Source: Vulcanimicrobiota bacterium (GTDB lineage Bacteria > Vulcanimicrobiota > Vulcanimicrobiia > Eremiobacterales > Eremiobacteraceae). Taken from it: a stretch of 64,000 nucleotides of DNA. Shown piece by piece: positions 25,201 to 33,769 of the stretch. Each line of letters opens with the position of its first letter. Position 1 is the first letter of the stretch. Both the position numbers and the translations under genes were made by a program. Location: positions 4,677 to 68,676 of the forward strand of contig JAFAKE010000039.1 in assembly GCA_019235715.1 (NCBI GenBank), written 5' to 3'. The notes beneath the pieces were generated by a model. That model saw only the letters and a list, made by a program, of their open reading frames with translations. It was not told the DNA's origin and searched no databases.

Positions 25201-27975
25201 AACCCTGGACGGTTGACCGTCAAGCTCGACAAGAAGACGTACAAACCGGGCGACACCGCAACCGCGCTCATCGAATCGCCGTATCCCACTGGGCATTTGT
25301 ACTTCAGCGTGGTGCGCTACAAGCCGATCTATCAACGCGAGCTGAATGTGAGCGGCGGCGCGCCGCGCGTCAGTTTCACCGTGACGCCCGACATGCTGCC
25401 CAATGCGGCGGTCGAAGCCGTGCTCGTGCGCACGGGTGTGCCGCTTTCGAAGTCGGTGCCCGATTCACTCGACAGCCTCTCGCGTACCGGCTTCGCGCCG
25501 CTCAACCTCGCGCTCGACGATAAGCGCCTTAAAGTGACGATCGCGCCGGCAAAACAGACGCTCGAACCGGGACAAAGCCAGACCGTCGCGCTGCAGATGC
25601 GCGACGCGTTGGGTCATCCAGTCTCGGGTGAATTCGCCGTCATGGTCGTCAACGAAGCGATTCTCCAGCTGTCGGGTTATCGGCCACCGGACCTTGTCGA
25701 CACGGTGTTCGCCGCCCAGCCCATTCCGACGCGTTTCGCCGACAACCGGCCTGACGTCGTCCTGCGGCCCTTTGCGACGCCGCAGCAAAAGGGTTGGGGT
25801 TTTGGCGGCGGTGAGTCCCAAGCCGCGGCGGGCACGCGCGTGCGCACGAATTTCCAGCCGCTCGCGTTCTACAAAGGCGCACTGCTCACCGACGCGTCTG
25901 GTAATAGCAGCTTCACCTTCACGTTGCCCGATGATCTTACGACGTGGCGCGTGCTGGCAGTCGCGGTGAGCGGTAGCAGCCAGGCGAGCAACGATTGGAA
26001 ATTCGGCGGCGCCGATACGACGTTCATCGCCTCCAAACCGCTGCTGACGAATCCCGTCCTCCCGCAATTCGCACGGCCGGGCGATCGCTTCGATGCCGGC
26101 GTTTCGGTCACGAACACCGGTACGCTGACCGGTCAGTTGTCGATCGAGGGCGTGCTCAGCGGCCCGCTTGCGTTTGCGTCCAGCGATCAACGAACGCAGA
26201 CAGCATCGCAAACGCCGGCTGCACAGCCCGGCACGCAGGCGTATCGGTTCCCGATGATCGCGACCGGTCTAGGCCCAACGACCGTGCGATTCACGACCAA
26301 GTTCGGAAATCTAAGCGACGCGTTCCAAGTCCCATTGGAGTTGCGCACGCTGCCGCTCACAGAATCGGCCATCGAGAGCGGCACGACGGCGAACTCGACG
26401 ACCATTCCCCTCAACGTCGACCAGCACGTGGATACGACTCTGGGCGGTCTCGATGCGGAGCTCGCGAGCATCTTGCTGCCCGAGTTCACCGCGCGTGCCA
26501 AAGCGGATTTGGATGAAGATGAGGATCTGCCGTTCCTCGAGCCCATCGCCAGTCAGCTGCTGATAACGGCGAACATGCAGATTCTGGCGACGCGGTACGG
26601 ACAGATCTATCCGGATTTCCATCCCGGGTCGGCGGCGGCCAACGACGTGTTGCGCCTTGCCAAGATGCAGTTGCCGGACGGCGGCTTCCCAAGCTGGCCG
26701 ACATCGAAGAAGTCGGATCCGTGGATCACCCCGTATGCGGCCGAAGCGCTGGCGCGTACCAAGAGCGCCGGTTTGCCGGTTGACGACGCGATGCTAGGGC
26801 GCGTGCGCGATTACATGAGAAAGATGCTTCCCGCCGCGGGCTCACTGCAATACTGCGATGCCGTCTGCGTCGCGGAGCTGCGCCTGCGCTTGCTGATCGG
26901 CCTCGCGGCGCTCGGCGAAACGCGCAACGATTATCTGAGCGACATCTACGGCGTCCGCGATCAGCTTGATGCGGTCGATCAGATCGACCTCGCGCGCTAC
27001 CTGACCGAAGTTTCCGGCTGGAGCGCACAGGCGTCGGCGATGACGACGCAGATCCAGCAGTGGATCTACGAGACCGGGCGCAACGCAGCCCTGAACTTGC
27101 CACCAGGCCAGCGCTGGATGAGTACGCCGACGATCGCACAGTCTGCCGCGTTGCGTTTGTTCGTGGCTCGTAACGCGCCGATGGACCTGCAAGACAAGTT
27201 GGTGCGCGCGATCATCACGCAGCGCCAGCGAGGCTCGTGGCCGGAGTATTACGACAACGCAGCAGCCCTCACGGCGCTCGTCGACTATTCGCGCGCGCAG
27301 CCGGCAAACGCGGACTTCGTCGCGACCTTGACCGCGGGTGGTACGCAGCGCGCATCCGAGCACTTCCAAGGATATCGAAATCCGCTGCGCCAGGTGCACG
27401 TGCCCGCGGCGCAGCTGCCCAAAGGCCAAAGCAACGTGGTGCTGGCCAAGACCGGCGCGGGCACGCTTCATTATGTGCTGTCGTACAGCTATCGTCTCAG
27501 CGGCGATCAGCCAGGTGTTCTCAACGGCCTGCGCGTGACGCGCACGATCGGACCGGTCAACACGAACACCGTGCTGCGGTCGATCGGTTTGGCGGTTCCC
27601 GACGGCGCGCTCACGCTCGGACCGGCGCAGGTCTTCGACATCGGCCTAGAGCTCATCACGGACCATCCCGTCGACCATCTTGTCATCACCGATCCGCTGC
27701 CCGCCGGCCTTGAAGCGGTCGACACGACGTTCAAGACGTCGACGCAATATTTCCAAACGCACGGCGATAGTTGGCAGATCGACTATCAGGTGATCTACAA
27801 AGATCGCGTCGTCGCGTACGCCGATCACCTTGAAGCCGGTGTGTACACATTCCACTACTTAGTGCGCTCGGTAACGCCGGGAACGTTCGCGTGGCCCGGC
27901 TCGGAAGTGCGTCTCCAGTACGCGCCTGAGGAGTTCGGCCGCACCGCGTCGTCGAGCCTGATCGTTTCTCAGTAG
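22276..27975 (+). CDS. bacterial alpha-2-macroglobulin family lipoprotein, no CxEQ thioester motif
   Basis: 1899 aa with lipobox LVALAGC and the A2M-domain motif LPDDLTTWRVLAVAV. Only 6 Cys, none in CxEQ. An alternative ATG start lies at 22300. Confidence 0.9.
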   Translation: MERAVVSSMTDTYGWRRCLIAVFLVALAGCTKPGAAPLPAVSPLPNPKVPAWIEQISPTGQADNLAQIRVRFAYPLIPVEAIETQSQQSKLTYFTTTPALAGHFRFLTPRMVGFQADRALPKATRIRVTIRAGLTDLQDNVLASDVSWTFTTQAIELGNLPKITEESSPLSPEPTFEISSNTELDAASLANAGRIVAKDGTSTPVYAKLEKQTTPGPYDDQSYEQFDPSAKPWIYNISLAPPHALKNGERYQLAFSPGVMPAHGNLASTDAFSGTFEVYGPLALVKLGPAGDYTGRFSGPPQQLEFSNPLVADSIGKNITISPAPKGVQVFAGDDGSRFVSIDEAALDPATTYTISIATGLKDTFGQTFGTAKSVTMRTGNLTPAVWAPSGLFIFPADDNLQLDLWAVNVPSKTVEQSFRTLTPAQLVYADPAGDISTLLDDWKTIPAASSANQSLHFPVPLRAKLGARTGVLAYGIRRPDASSDENGARVEGVVALTNLGIFAQWFPQSGLIQVNHLSDGSPAAGAAVEIWPSRLDDNRNLPVTACATGHTNAAGTATFDAAALAPCMGGKSLFSDAPALLTIAREGSDWAFVRTLDYSGAYDYDMNADWTPDAQSRGTIFPDRMLYQPGETAQFTGEAYYLAAGRLARDAGAPYKIALIDPNGDASSAGTVTTDPYGAFSLQIKFRPNQPLGYYTIEATGRNGVKIDGTFRVAEFKPPNFKVELSTDKQFAHPGESVAASAKSTYLFGAPVQGGKYKFYVTRQQSQFQPPGWDEYSFGRQWLWPEQPPAVSSDVAQADGVLPADGSSNLTFKIGDDLPYPMAYRVDMETTDASNLSVADSKTITALPGDSLIGLTGDFVAQTNVAYPVKVIVTDAQGKAKDGQHIHLELQAVKYSSVTQLVEGSSADRWQVQYSTVAQADVTSGNDAVTASLTPEKSGVYRIRANFAGSNNEATATDLQVWAAGSDIVEWGNENPGRLTVKLDKKTYKPGDTATALIESPYPTGHLYFSVVRYKPIYQRELNVSGGAPRVSFTVTPDMLPNAAVEAVLVRTGVPLSKSVPDSLDSLSRTGFAPLNLALDDKRLKVTIAPAKQTLEPGQSQTVALQMRDALGHPVSGEFAVMVVNEAILQLSGYRPPDLVDTVFAAQPIPTRFADNRPDVVLRPFATPQQKGWGFGGGESQAAAGTRVRTNFQPLAFYKGALLTDASGNSSFTFTLPDDLTTWRVLAVAVSGSSQASNDWKFGGADTTFIASKPLLTNPVLPQFARPGDRFDAGVSVTNTGTLTGQLSIEGVLSGPLAFASSDQRTQTASQTPAAQPGTQAYRFPMIATGLGPTTVRFTTKFGNLSDAFQVPLELRTLPLTESAIESGTTANSTTIPLNVDQHVDTTLGGLDAELASILLPEFTARAKADLDEDEDLPFLEPIASQLLITANMQILATRYGQIYPDFHPGSAAANDVLRLAKMQLPDGGFPSWPTSKKSDPWITPYAAEALARTKSAGLPVDDAMLGRVRDYMRKMLPAAGSLQYCDAVCVAELRLRLLIGLAALGETRNDYLSDIYGVRDQLDAVDQIDLARYLTEVSGWSAQASAMTTQIQQWIYETGRNAALNLPPGQRWMSTPTIAQSAALRLFVARNAPMDLQDKLVRAIITQRQRGSWPEYYDNAAALTALVDYSRAQPANADFVATLTAGGTQRASEHFQGYRNPLRQVHVPAAQLPKGQSNVVLAKTGAGTLHYVLSYSYRLSGDQPGVLNGLRVTRTIGPVNTNTVLRSIGLAVPDGALTLGPAQVFDIGLELITDHPVDHLVITDPLPAGLEAVDTTFKTSTQYFQTHGDSWQIDYQVIYKDRVVAYADHLEAGVYTFHYLVRSVTPGTFAWPGSEVRLQYAPEEFGRTASSSLIVSQ

Positions 27976-27977
27976 AT

Positions 27978-30254
27978 CTAGGGTCCGACGATTGAGAAGC
28001 CGGGTCGCAGCTTGCGTGCGATGGTGCCCTCTTCGACGTCGAAGCTCACGCGGTCGGTTCGACCTGCGCTCGTCGCTGCGATCGTGAAGTGGCCGGGCCG
28101 CATCGGCCAAAAGAATGACTGACCGCTGCCGATGCTGCGGCCATTGAGTCGCCACTCGACGCTCTGTCCGGGCAACGCGGCAGCCTGAAATTCGAGCGGG
28201 CGGCGCCCGACGTCAGCACGTGCGACGAGGTACGCATCGCCATCGCGCGGTGCGACCACGCGGAAGCGGTCAGCGACTGCAATCGTGCGATGCTGCAGCG
28301 CCATCCACTCGTCATACTCGTGCGGCAACGCAGCTGCGCGCTGCGGCCGCTCGTACGAGCTGAGCTCATCGGGCCATAGGTACTCGCTGACGACGGCCTC
28401 GCAATCGAGTGTCGGCTTGTACCCGGTTTGCGCGCAGATGCGGCGCGACACCATGCCCGCGGGTTTCGCGAACGGCGTTGGATCGCGCTGCTCATGGAGA
28501 TGCAGCATGATGCGGTTCCACAGCGGCGCTGCGCCCGCAACACCGGAGAGCCTGCGCATGGGATCTCCGTTGAAATTGCCGACCCAGACGCCGACGGTGT
28601 AATCGCTCGTGAAACCGACAGTCCACGTGTCGCGGAAATCTGACGACGTCCCCGTTTTCACGGCGGCGGCAAAGGGCATATCGAGGGCGGAGCTCACGCC
28701 GAACGCCTGGGCGCGCGCGTGCTCGTCGTCGATCATGTCGGTCACGAGTTCCCACACGGTCGCATTGCCGACGCGAACCACAGCGTTCGATGCGCTCGCG
28801 CTGTTATCGGAAAACCAGGTCAACGGCGGCAGCGCCACGCCGCGGCGCGCGATCGTCGCGTATGCATGTGCCAGCTCCCATAGGCTGACTTCACCGCCGC
28901 CGAGCGTGAGCCCAAGCCCGTAGTACTCGGCGTCGTGCGTGAGGTGGCTGAAGCCGAGCCGGTGAAGCCGCTCGAGAAACGGCTCGACGCCGACGCGCTC
29001 GAGCACCCGCACGGCGGGCACGTTGAGCGAGTCGGCCAGTGCGATGCGCACGCGCACGGGCCCTTGGAACGTGTCGCTGTAGTCCACAGGGCTGTACAGG
29101 TTAGCGCCGGGGATGGCGTAACGCGCCGGTACATCCGCGAGAATCGTGTTCGGCTCGATCGTGCGGTTCTCGAGCGCAAGTTCGTAGAGGAACGGTTTGA
29201 GCGTTGAGCCGGGTTGACGCAGCGCCTGAACGCCGTCGTTGCTGCCTTGCTGCGCAGTCGCGAAATAGTCGGGCGAGCCGGTATACGCCAGCACCTCGCC
29301 CGTACGGTTGTCGATCACGATCGCAGCGGCGGCATGGACATTGCGCGAACGCAGCGTGCCGATCACATCGCGCACTTGCGCTTCGACGAACTGCTGGAGC
29401 GGCCGGTCGATCGTCGTGCGCACGCGCGCCGTATGCGGCGGCAACCGTGTGCCGAGCCAGAAGAGATAGTGCGGCGCCGCGACGATGCCGCGGCCGCGTG
29501 TCTGGAGCAGCAATTGCTCCGCGCGCGCGCGCTCGGCCCGCTCGCGCGTGATGAATCCGGATTTGACCATGCGCTCGAGCACGTACGCTTGGCGCACCTT
29601 CAACGCTTTTGCGTGCGCGTATGGATCGAGCCCGACAGGATCGTTGGGAATGGCGGCGAGAGCGCTCGCTTGTGCAAGGTCGAGGTCGGACGCCGCGACT
29701 CCGTAGTAGGTGCGCGACGCCGCCTCGACGCCATACAGGTTGCCGCCCATCGGAAGACGGTTGAGGTATGCCTCGAGGATCTGCGCGCGGCTCATGCCGG
29801 CGCTGATGCGCCACGCCGTCCAGATCTGGATAAGTTTTCCGGGCACGGTACTCGGGGCGGCGCTGATCATGCGCGCGAGCTGCATCGCAATCGTCGAGCC
29901 GCCGGAGACGAAGTGATGGGCGCGCAGCGCTTCGTACGAGGCGCGTGCCAGCGCGCGGTAATCGACCGGTCCATGCTGATAAAAATGCGCGTCTTCGGCC
30001 GCGACGATCGCTTCTGCGAAAAGCGGCGAGACGTGCGCGAGGCGCACCGCCGCGGTATGCTCTTGATCGCGCGCGAGCAGGGTGCCGAGCGGCAGGCCGT
30101 TGCGATCGGTGAATTCGACTGCCTGGCTATCCTGAACGAGGTCCGCGGCTCGGATCGGAAATGCGAACGGCACGAGACGCACGACAAGCAGCAGCAGTGC
30201 GATTGCTGCAACGCACGCCACGCGCTTTTTCCGCCACACCGGCATGAAAGTCAC
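27978..30254 (-). CDS. pbpC: penicillin-binding protein 1C (bifunctional transglycosylase/transpeptidase)
   Basis: GT51 motifs AAEDAHFYQHG and GGSTIAMQLAR. Transpeptidase motifs STLKP, SLN and KTGTS. The C-terminal ~90-aa extension is typical of PBP1C. Confidence 0.9.
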   Translation of the reverse strand: MTFMPVWRKKRVACVAAIALLLLVVRLVPFAFPIRAADLVQDSQAVEFTDRNGLPLGTLLARDQEHTAAVRLAHVSPLFAEAIVAAEDAHFYQHGPVDYRALARASYEALRAHHFVSGGSTIAMQLARMISAAPSTVPGKLIQIWTAWRISAGMSRAQILEAYLNRLPMGGNLYGVEAASRTYYGVAASDLDLAQASALAAIPNDPVGLDPYAHAKALKVRQAYVLERMVKSGFITRERAERARAEQLLLQTRGRGIVAAPHYLFWLGTRLPPHTARVRTTIDRPLQQFVEAQVRDVIGTLRSRNVHAAAAIVIDNRTGEVLAYTGSPDYFATAQQGSNDGVQALRQPGSTLKPFLYELALENRTIEPNTILADVPARYAIPGANLYSPVDYSDTFQGPVRVRIALADSLNVPAVRVLERVGVEPFLERLHRLGFSHLTHDAEYYGLGLTLGGGEVSLWELAHAYATIARRGVALPPLTWFSDNSASASNAVVRVGNATVWELVTDMIDDEHARAQAFGVSSALDMPFAAAVKTGTSSDFRDTWTVGFTSDYTVGVWVGNFNGDPMRRLSGVAGAAPLWNRIMLHLHEQRDPTPFAKPAGMVSRRICAQTGYKPTLDCEAVVSEYLWPDELSSYERPQRAAALPHEYDEWMALQHRTIAVADRFRVVAPRDGDAYLVARADVGRRPLEFQAAALPGQSVEWRLNGRSIGSGQSFFWPMRPGHFTIAATSAGRTDRVSFDVEEGTIARKLRPGFSIVGP

Positions 30255-30266
30255 CGCCCTACGGCA

Positions 30267-31160
30267 TTAGGACTCGGGCGACATTTCCGCTTCGTGTGGA
30301 CGAGTCCATTGCGTCGCGGCTGCGCAGCCGATCACGACCAGCGCTGCGGCGAGCGTCAACGCGCTAACGCGCTCGCCCAAGATCAGCACCGACCAGCCAA
30401 GCGTCAGCACCGGCTGAATCAGACCGAGCTGGCTCGTGTAGGCGACGCCGGCCAGCACGAGACCGCGATACCATGGCAGGAAGCCGAGGAACTGGCTGGC
30501 GATCGCGACGTAGGCGAACCACAGCCACGCCTCGGGCGTGCCGTGCGGGATGCCTTTGGTGGCGAGTATGGCGATCATGGGCACGGTGAGGAACGGCACG
30601 CAAAAGACCAGCGCCCACAAGATGACGCGGAAACCGCCGATCTCTTTGGCGATCCGGCTTCCTTCAGCGTAGCCGATCGCACCGCCCATCACCGCGATCA
30701 GCAACAGCAGGTCAGCGAATTGTGGGTGGCCCGCGCCCTCAACGGCGGCGAACAGCAAGACGGCGACCACACCGGCGCCGCTTGCGATCCAAAACGGCAG
30801 ATGCGGCCGCTCGCCGACGAGCAGCACCGCCATCACCGCGGTGGCGGCAGGCAGCAGTCCGACCACCACAGCGCTGTGCGCCGACGGCAGCGTGCGCAGT
30901 GCGAATGCGGAGAACAATGGAAAGCCGATCGTCACGCCCAGCGCGACGATCGCCAAGCCTTTCCAGTATTTGCGTTCGGGGATCTTGTCGCGCGTCACAA
31001 GCACGACTGCGATCGCGATAAGCCCGGCCACAACGCCGCGGCCAAAACCGATGAATTCCGGCCCCAGCTGAGGCACGGCGGAGCGCGTCGCAGGCAGCGT
31101 GACGCTGAAGATCAGCACGCCGAGCAACGCGAGCAGGATGCCTTCAACACGTTCCTTCAT
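30267..31160 (-). CDS. EamA/DMT family transporter
   Basis: About 10 predicted TM helices in two halves, typical of EamA repeats. ATG at 31160. The stop lies 12 nt upstream of the pbpC start. Confidence 0.85.
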   Translation of the reverse strand: MKERVEGILLALLGVLIFSVTLPATRSAVPQLGPEFIGFGRGVVAGLIAIAVVLVTRDKIPERKYWKGLAIVALGVTIGFPLFSAFALRTLPSAHSAVVVGLLPAATAVMAVLLVGERPHLPFWIASGAGVVAVLLFAAVEGAGHPQFADLLLLIAVMGGAIGYAEGSRIAKEIGGFRVILWALVFCVPFLTVPMIAILATKGIPHGTPEAWLWFAYVAIASQFLGFLPWYRGLVLAGVAYTSQLGLIQPVLTLGWSVLILGERVSALTLAAALVVIGCAAATQWTRPHEAEMSPES

Positions 31161-31207
31161 GTTTGCTGAGAAGGCCCTTACGCCGGGCGATTCCAAGTCC
31201 TTTGCAC

Positions 31208-33511
31208 ATGTGGCCACGCTATGCGCTGATGACAATAGTGCTGCTTACGACATGCGCTGCACCGGCGTACGCGGCGAGCGGTTCGGTGAGCGGCGACGTG
31301 CGCGACACAGCGGGCATGCCGGTCGGCCGGGCACAGATCGTGCTGCAAGGCCAGAGCAACCGATATTCAGCGGCGACAGACGCGCGCGGCGAATTCTCGA
31401 TCGCGGTCGTCGGCGAAGGCATGTACGTGCTTACAGTCCGCGCCTCGGGTTACGCGCCGATCGCGAACCGCCAGTTCGCGGTGGCTGCGGGCGCTGTTGC
31501 TCAGCTCAATGTCGTCCTTGCGCGCGCTGCGGTCAACGGCGTGGCGACATTGGGCAGCGTGACAGTCAACGGTGCCAATGCGCTCTCGCGCGCATCGGCG
31601 CCAGTCGTCGATATCAATCCGCAATCGCTTGCAGCTCAGGGCGCGTTTCAGCTCACCGACGTCATCGCGCAACAACTCAATGCGACAATGGTGCACGAGC
31701 AAGGCGGTGCGCCCGGATTGCCGCAGACGCTCGCGCTGCGTGGACCCGATCCGCAAGAGACGCTTGTCGACATCGACGGGCATCAGGTCAACAACGAAAA
31801 TACCGGCGACTTCGATCTCGAACTGCTCGATCCGGCGGAATTCGCCGGCGTGCAGATCGTGTACGGCGTTGGGCCATCGTCGCTGGTCGGCGCAGACTAT
31901 GAAGGCGGCGCCATCAACTTTCGCACGATCGAACCGACCGCGCGCTCGCAAGGGCTATTGCGCTTCTCCTACGGCAGCTTCGATTCGTTCGGTGAAACGC
32001 TTGAAGCCAGCGGTACCGACGCACGCATCGGCTACGCGCTGCTGTACCGGCGTTTCACGACGCAGGGCGAGGTGAACGACTATCCGATCGTCATCGCCTT
32101 GCCGGGTCCTGGCGTTCTCGCGCAAACCGCGATCGTCGGCTCCAGTATCGACGCGACGACGACGCTGGCGAAAGTGCGTTACTCGTTCGCCGGCAATGCG
32201 GGATTTGTCGAAGCGACGTTTCGCGACACCGCCGCATACCGCGACTTGTCCGCTCCGTTGAGCTCTCCCGACGATCCGAACGATTTTGGACCCAACGCGC
32301 CGTTCACGCAAAACAATTTTCCCGGCGCGGCGGCGCTCACAAGCGCACCGGCATATGGGCTCGATCTGCAGCTGCCGCTCGGACGCAAGGACGCGAGCGG
32401 CGAGACGCCTTCGACGCTGACGTTCAGCCACCTCACCAACGTCAGCGATCAATCCGTCGAGAACATCCAGCCCAATCTCAATCCCTACTTGTTGGACGCC
32501 AACGACCGCGTCGATGACGACATCGCGCGCTTCGAGCGGCCGCTGCCTGGTAAGATCGACGCGCAACTCGCCTTTTCGCTCGACCTGCGGCGCGAGACGC
32601 TCGATGCGCCGTCCGCGCTCGCACCGGGGCCACCTCAACAAACCGCGACGCAGGGCTGGATCGTCGGCCGTTACACCTGGAGTTCGAACGATCTCTTTCA
32701 TTACACGCTGGCGACGTACTACAGCTGGGACAGTACGTTCGGCACGAGCGTCGATCCGCGCGTAGCAGTACTGTGGACCCCGCACAACAGCGTCGTGCAC
32801 TTCTCGTTCGGCACCGGCTTCCAGCCGCCGCTGCTCACAAATCTTGCGTTCAATCCGTCGCTGCTTGCCGAGCGGTCCGTCGAGTACGATCTCGGCGCCG
32901 AACGCCGCTTCGGCGATGGCCCGCGAGCGTCGAGCGGATCGTTCGATGTCTATAACACGGTGGTCAATAACCCGACCTATGAAACTCAAGCCGCTGACGG
33001 CGCGCTCACCTTCCTGGGCAACATCGGCCAAAACGTCTATCGTGGGCTCGAGCTGCGCGCCGAACAACCGCTCTCGCGCAATGTATCTCTAACCGCAGCC
33101 TACGGTGTCGACTCCGCATACCCGACGAGCGATCCCAATCTCAGCAATCCGAGCGCTCCGCCGCTCTTGCCGGGCCAGCAGTTCCAAGGGGTGCCGTTGC
33201 ACAAAGCACAGCTAGCGCTGCAAAGCCGTCAAGGCTCCGGCGCGCTCAATTTCTCAGTCGGCGCGACGTACGAGAGCGATGCGAACGAACTGAATCGGCC
33301 CACGTATGTGTTGCTGGACGCAAGCGTCGGCACGACGTTCGGCCATACGGACATCAATGTGTCAGGAACGAATTTGACCAATCAGTACGATGACAAGTTC
33401 ACGCTCGTCAACGCAGGGGTGCCGCTTCCAATCCCCGGCGGCACGATGCCGACCAATGCCTACTCGTTGCAGGGTGCAGCAGTGCGCGTCACGGTGACGC
33501 AGCGCTTTTGA
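31208..33511 (+). CDS. TonB-dependent outer-membrane receptor with an N-terminal carboxypeptidase-regulatory-like domain
   Basis: Signal peptide, then GSVSGDVRDTAGMPVGRAQIVLQG (CarboxypepD_reg-like). Plug region LALRGPDPQETLVDIDGHQVNN...GGAINFRT, a long beta-barrel and a terminal Phe. Confidence 0.85.
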   Translation: MWPRYALMTIVLLTTCAAPAYAASGSVSGDVRDTAGMPVGRAQIVLQGQSNRYSAATDARGEFSIAVVGEGMYVLTVRASGYAPIANRQFAVAAGAVAQLNVVLARAAVNGVATLGSVTVNGANALSRASAPVVDINPQSLAAQGAFQLTDVIAQQLNATMVHEQGGAPGLPQTLALRGPDPQETLVDIDGHQVNNENTGDFDLELLDPAEFAGVQIVYGVGPSSLVGADYEGGAINFRTIEPTARSQGLLRFSYGSFDSFGETLEASGTDARIGYALLYRRFTTQGEVNDYPIVIALPGPGVLAQTAIVGSSIDATTTLAKVRYSFAGNAGFVEATFRDTAAYRDLSAPLSSPDDPNDFGPNAPFTQNNFPGAAALTSAPAYGLDLQLPLGRKDASGETPSTLTFSHLTNVSDQSVENIQPNLNPYLLDANDRVDDDIARFERPLPGKIDAQLAFSLDLRRETLDAPSALAPGPPQQTATQGWIVGRYTWSSNDLFHYTLATYYSWDSTFGTSVDPRVAVLWTPHNSVVHFSFGTGFQPPLLTNLAFNPSLLAERSVEYDLGAERRFGDGPRASSGSFDVYNTVVNNPTYETQAADGALTFLGNIGQNVYRGLELRAEQPLSRNVSLTAAYGVDSAYPTSDPNLSNPSAPPLLPGQQFQGVPLHKAQLALQSRQGSGALNFSVGATYESDANELNRPTYVLLDASVGTTFGHTDINVSGTNLTNQYDDKFTLVNAGVPLPIPGGTMPTNAYSLQGAAVRVTVTQRF

Positions 33512-33769
33512 GGAACTCTAGATCAGTGGATTAGAATCGAGTGAGCAATCTCACTCGGCATCTGACTCGCGCTCGCATGACATTCGCCCTTTCTTGAAGT
33601 GCTCGCACCTCCTTAATGCCCACCTCGGCCTGCGTTATCCTAACAGCCGTAAACTGGTACTGCCAGTACCAGCAACGATGTGTGAGCGGCGACAAGGGTG
33701 CTAACGCATGATGTTTGTGGGCATGGAGAAGAAGAGGACCACTTCGAAAGATGGGGACCGCACTTCGCC

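Noticed and set aside
29214-31169. Long ORFs on the opposite strand of recognised genes. Examples: 29214..31169 (651 aa), 35963..37729 (588 aa), 34466..35722 (418 aa), 4272..5411 (379 aa), 31955..33067 (370 aa), 20497..21576 (359 aa), 60696..62012 (438 aa), 33778..34656 (292 aa).
   Set aside because: All lie antisense or out of frame to genes with clear family motifs. Their translations are Arg/Ala/Gly/Pro-rich low-complexity sequence, the usual artefact of stop-codon scarcity at about 65-70% GC. None is reported as a CDS.
33606-33615. A perfect anti-sense Shine-Dalgarno (cacctcctta = TAAGGAGGTG on the minus strand) in the TBDR/Vgb-like intergenic region.
   Set aside because: The nearest in-frame minus-strand ATG is about 22 nt away and opens only a ~10-codon ORF. 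No credible gene follows.
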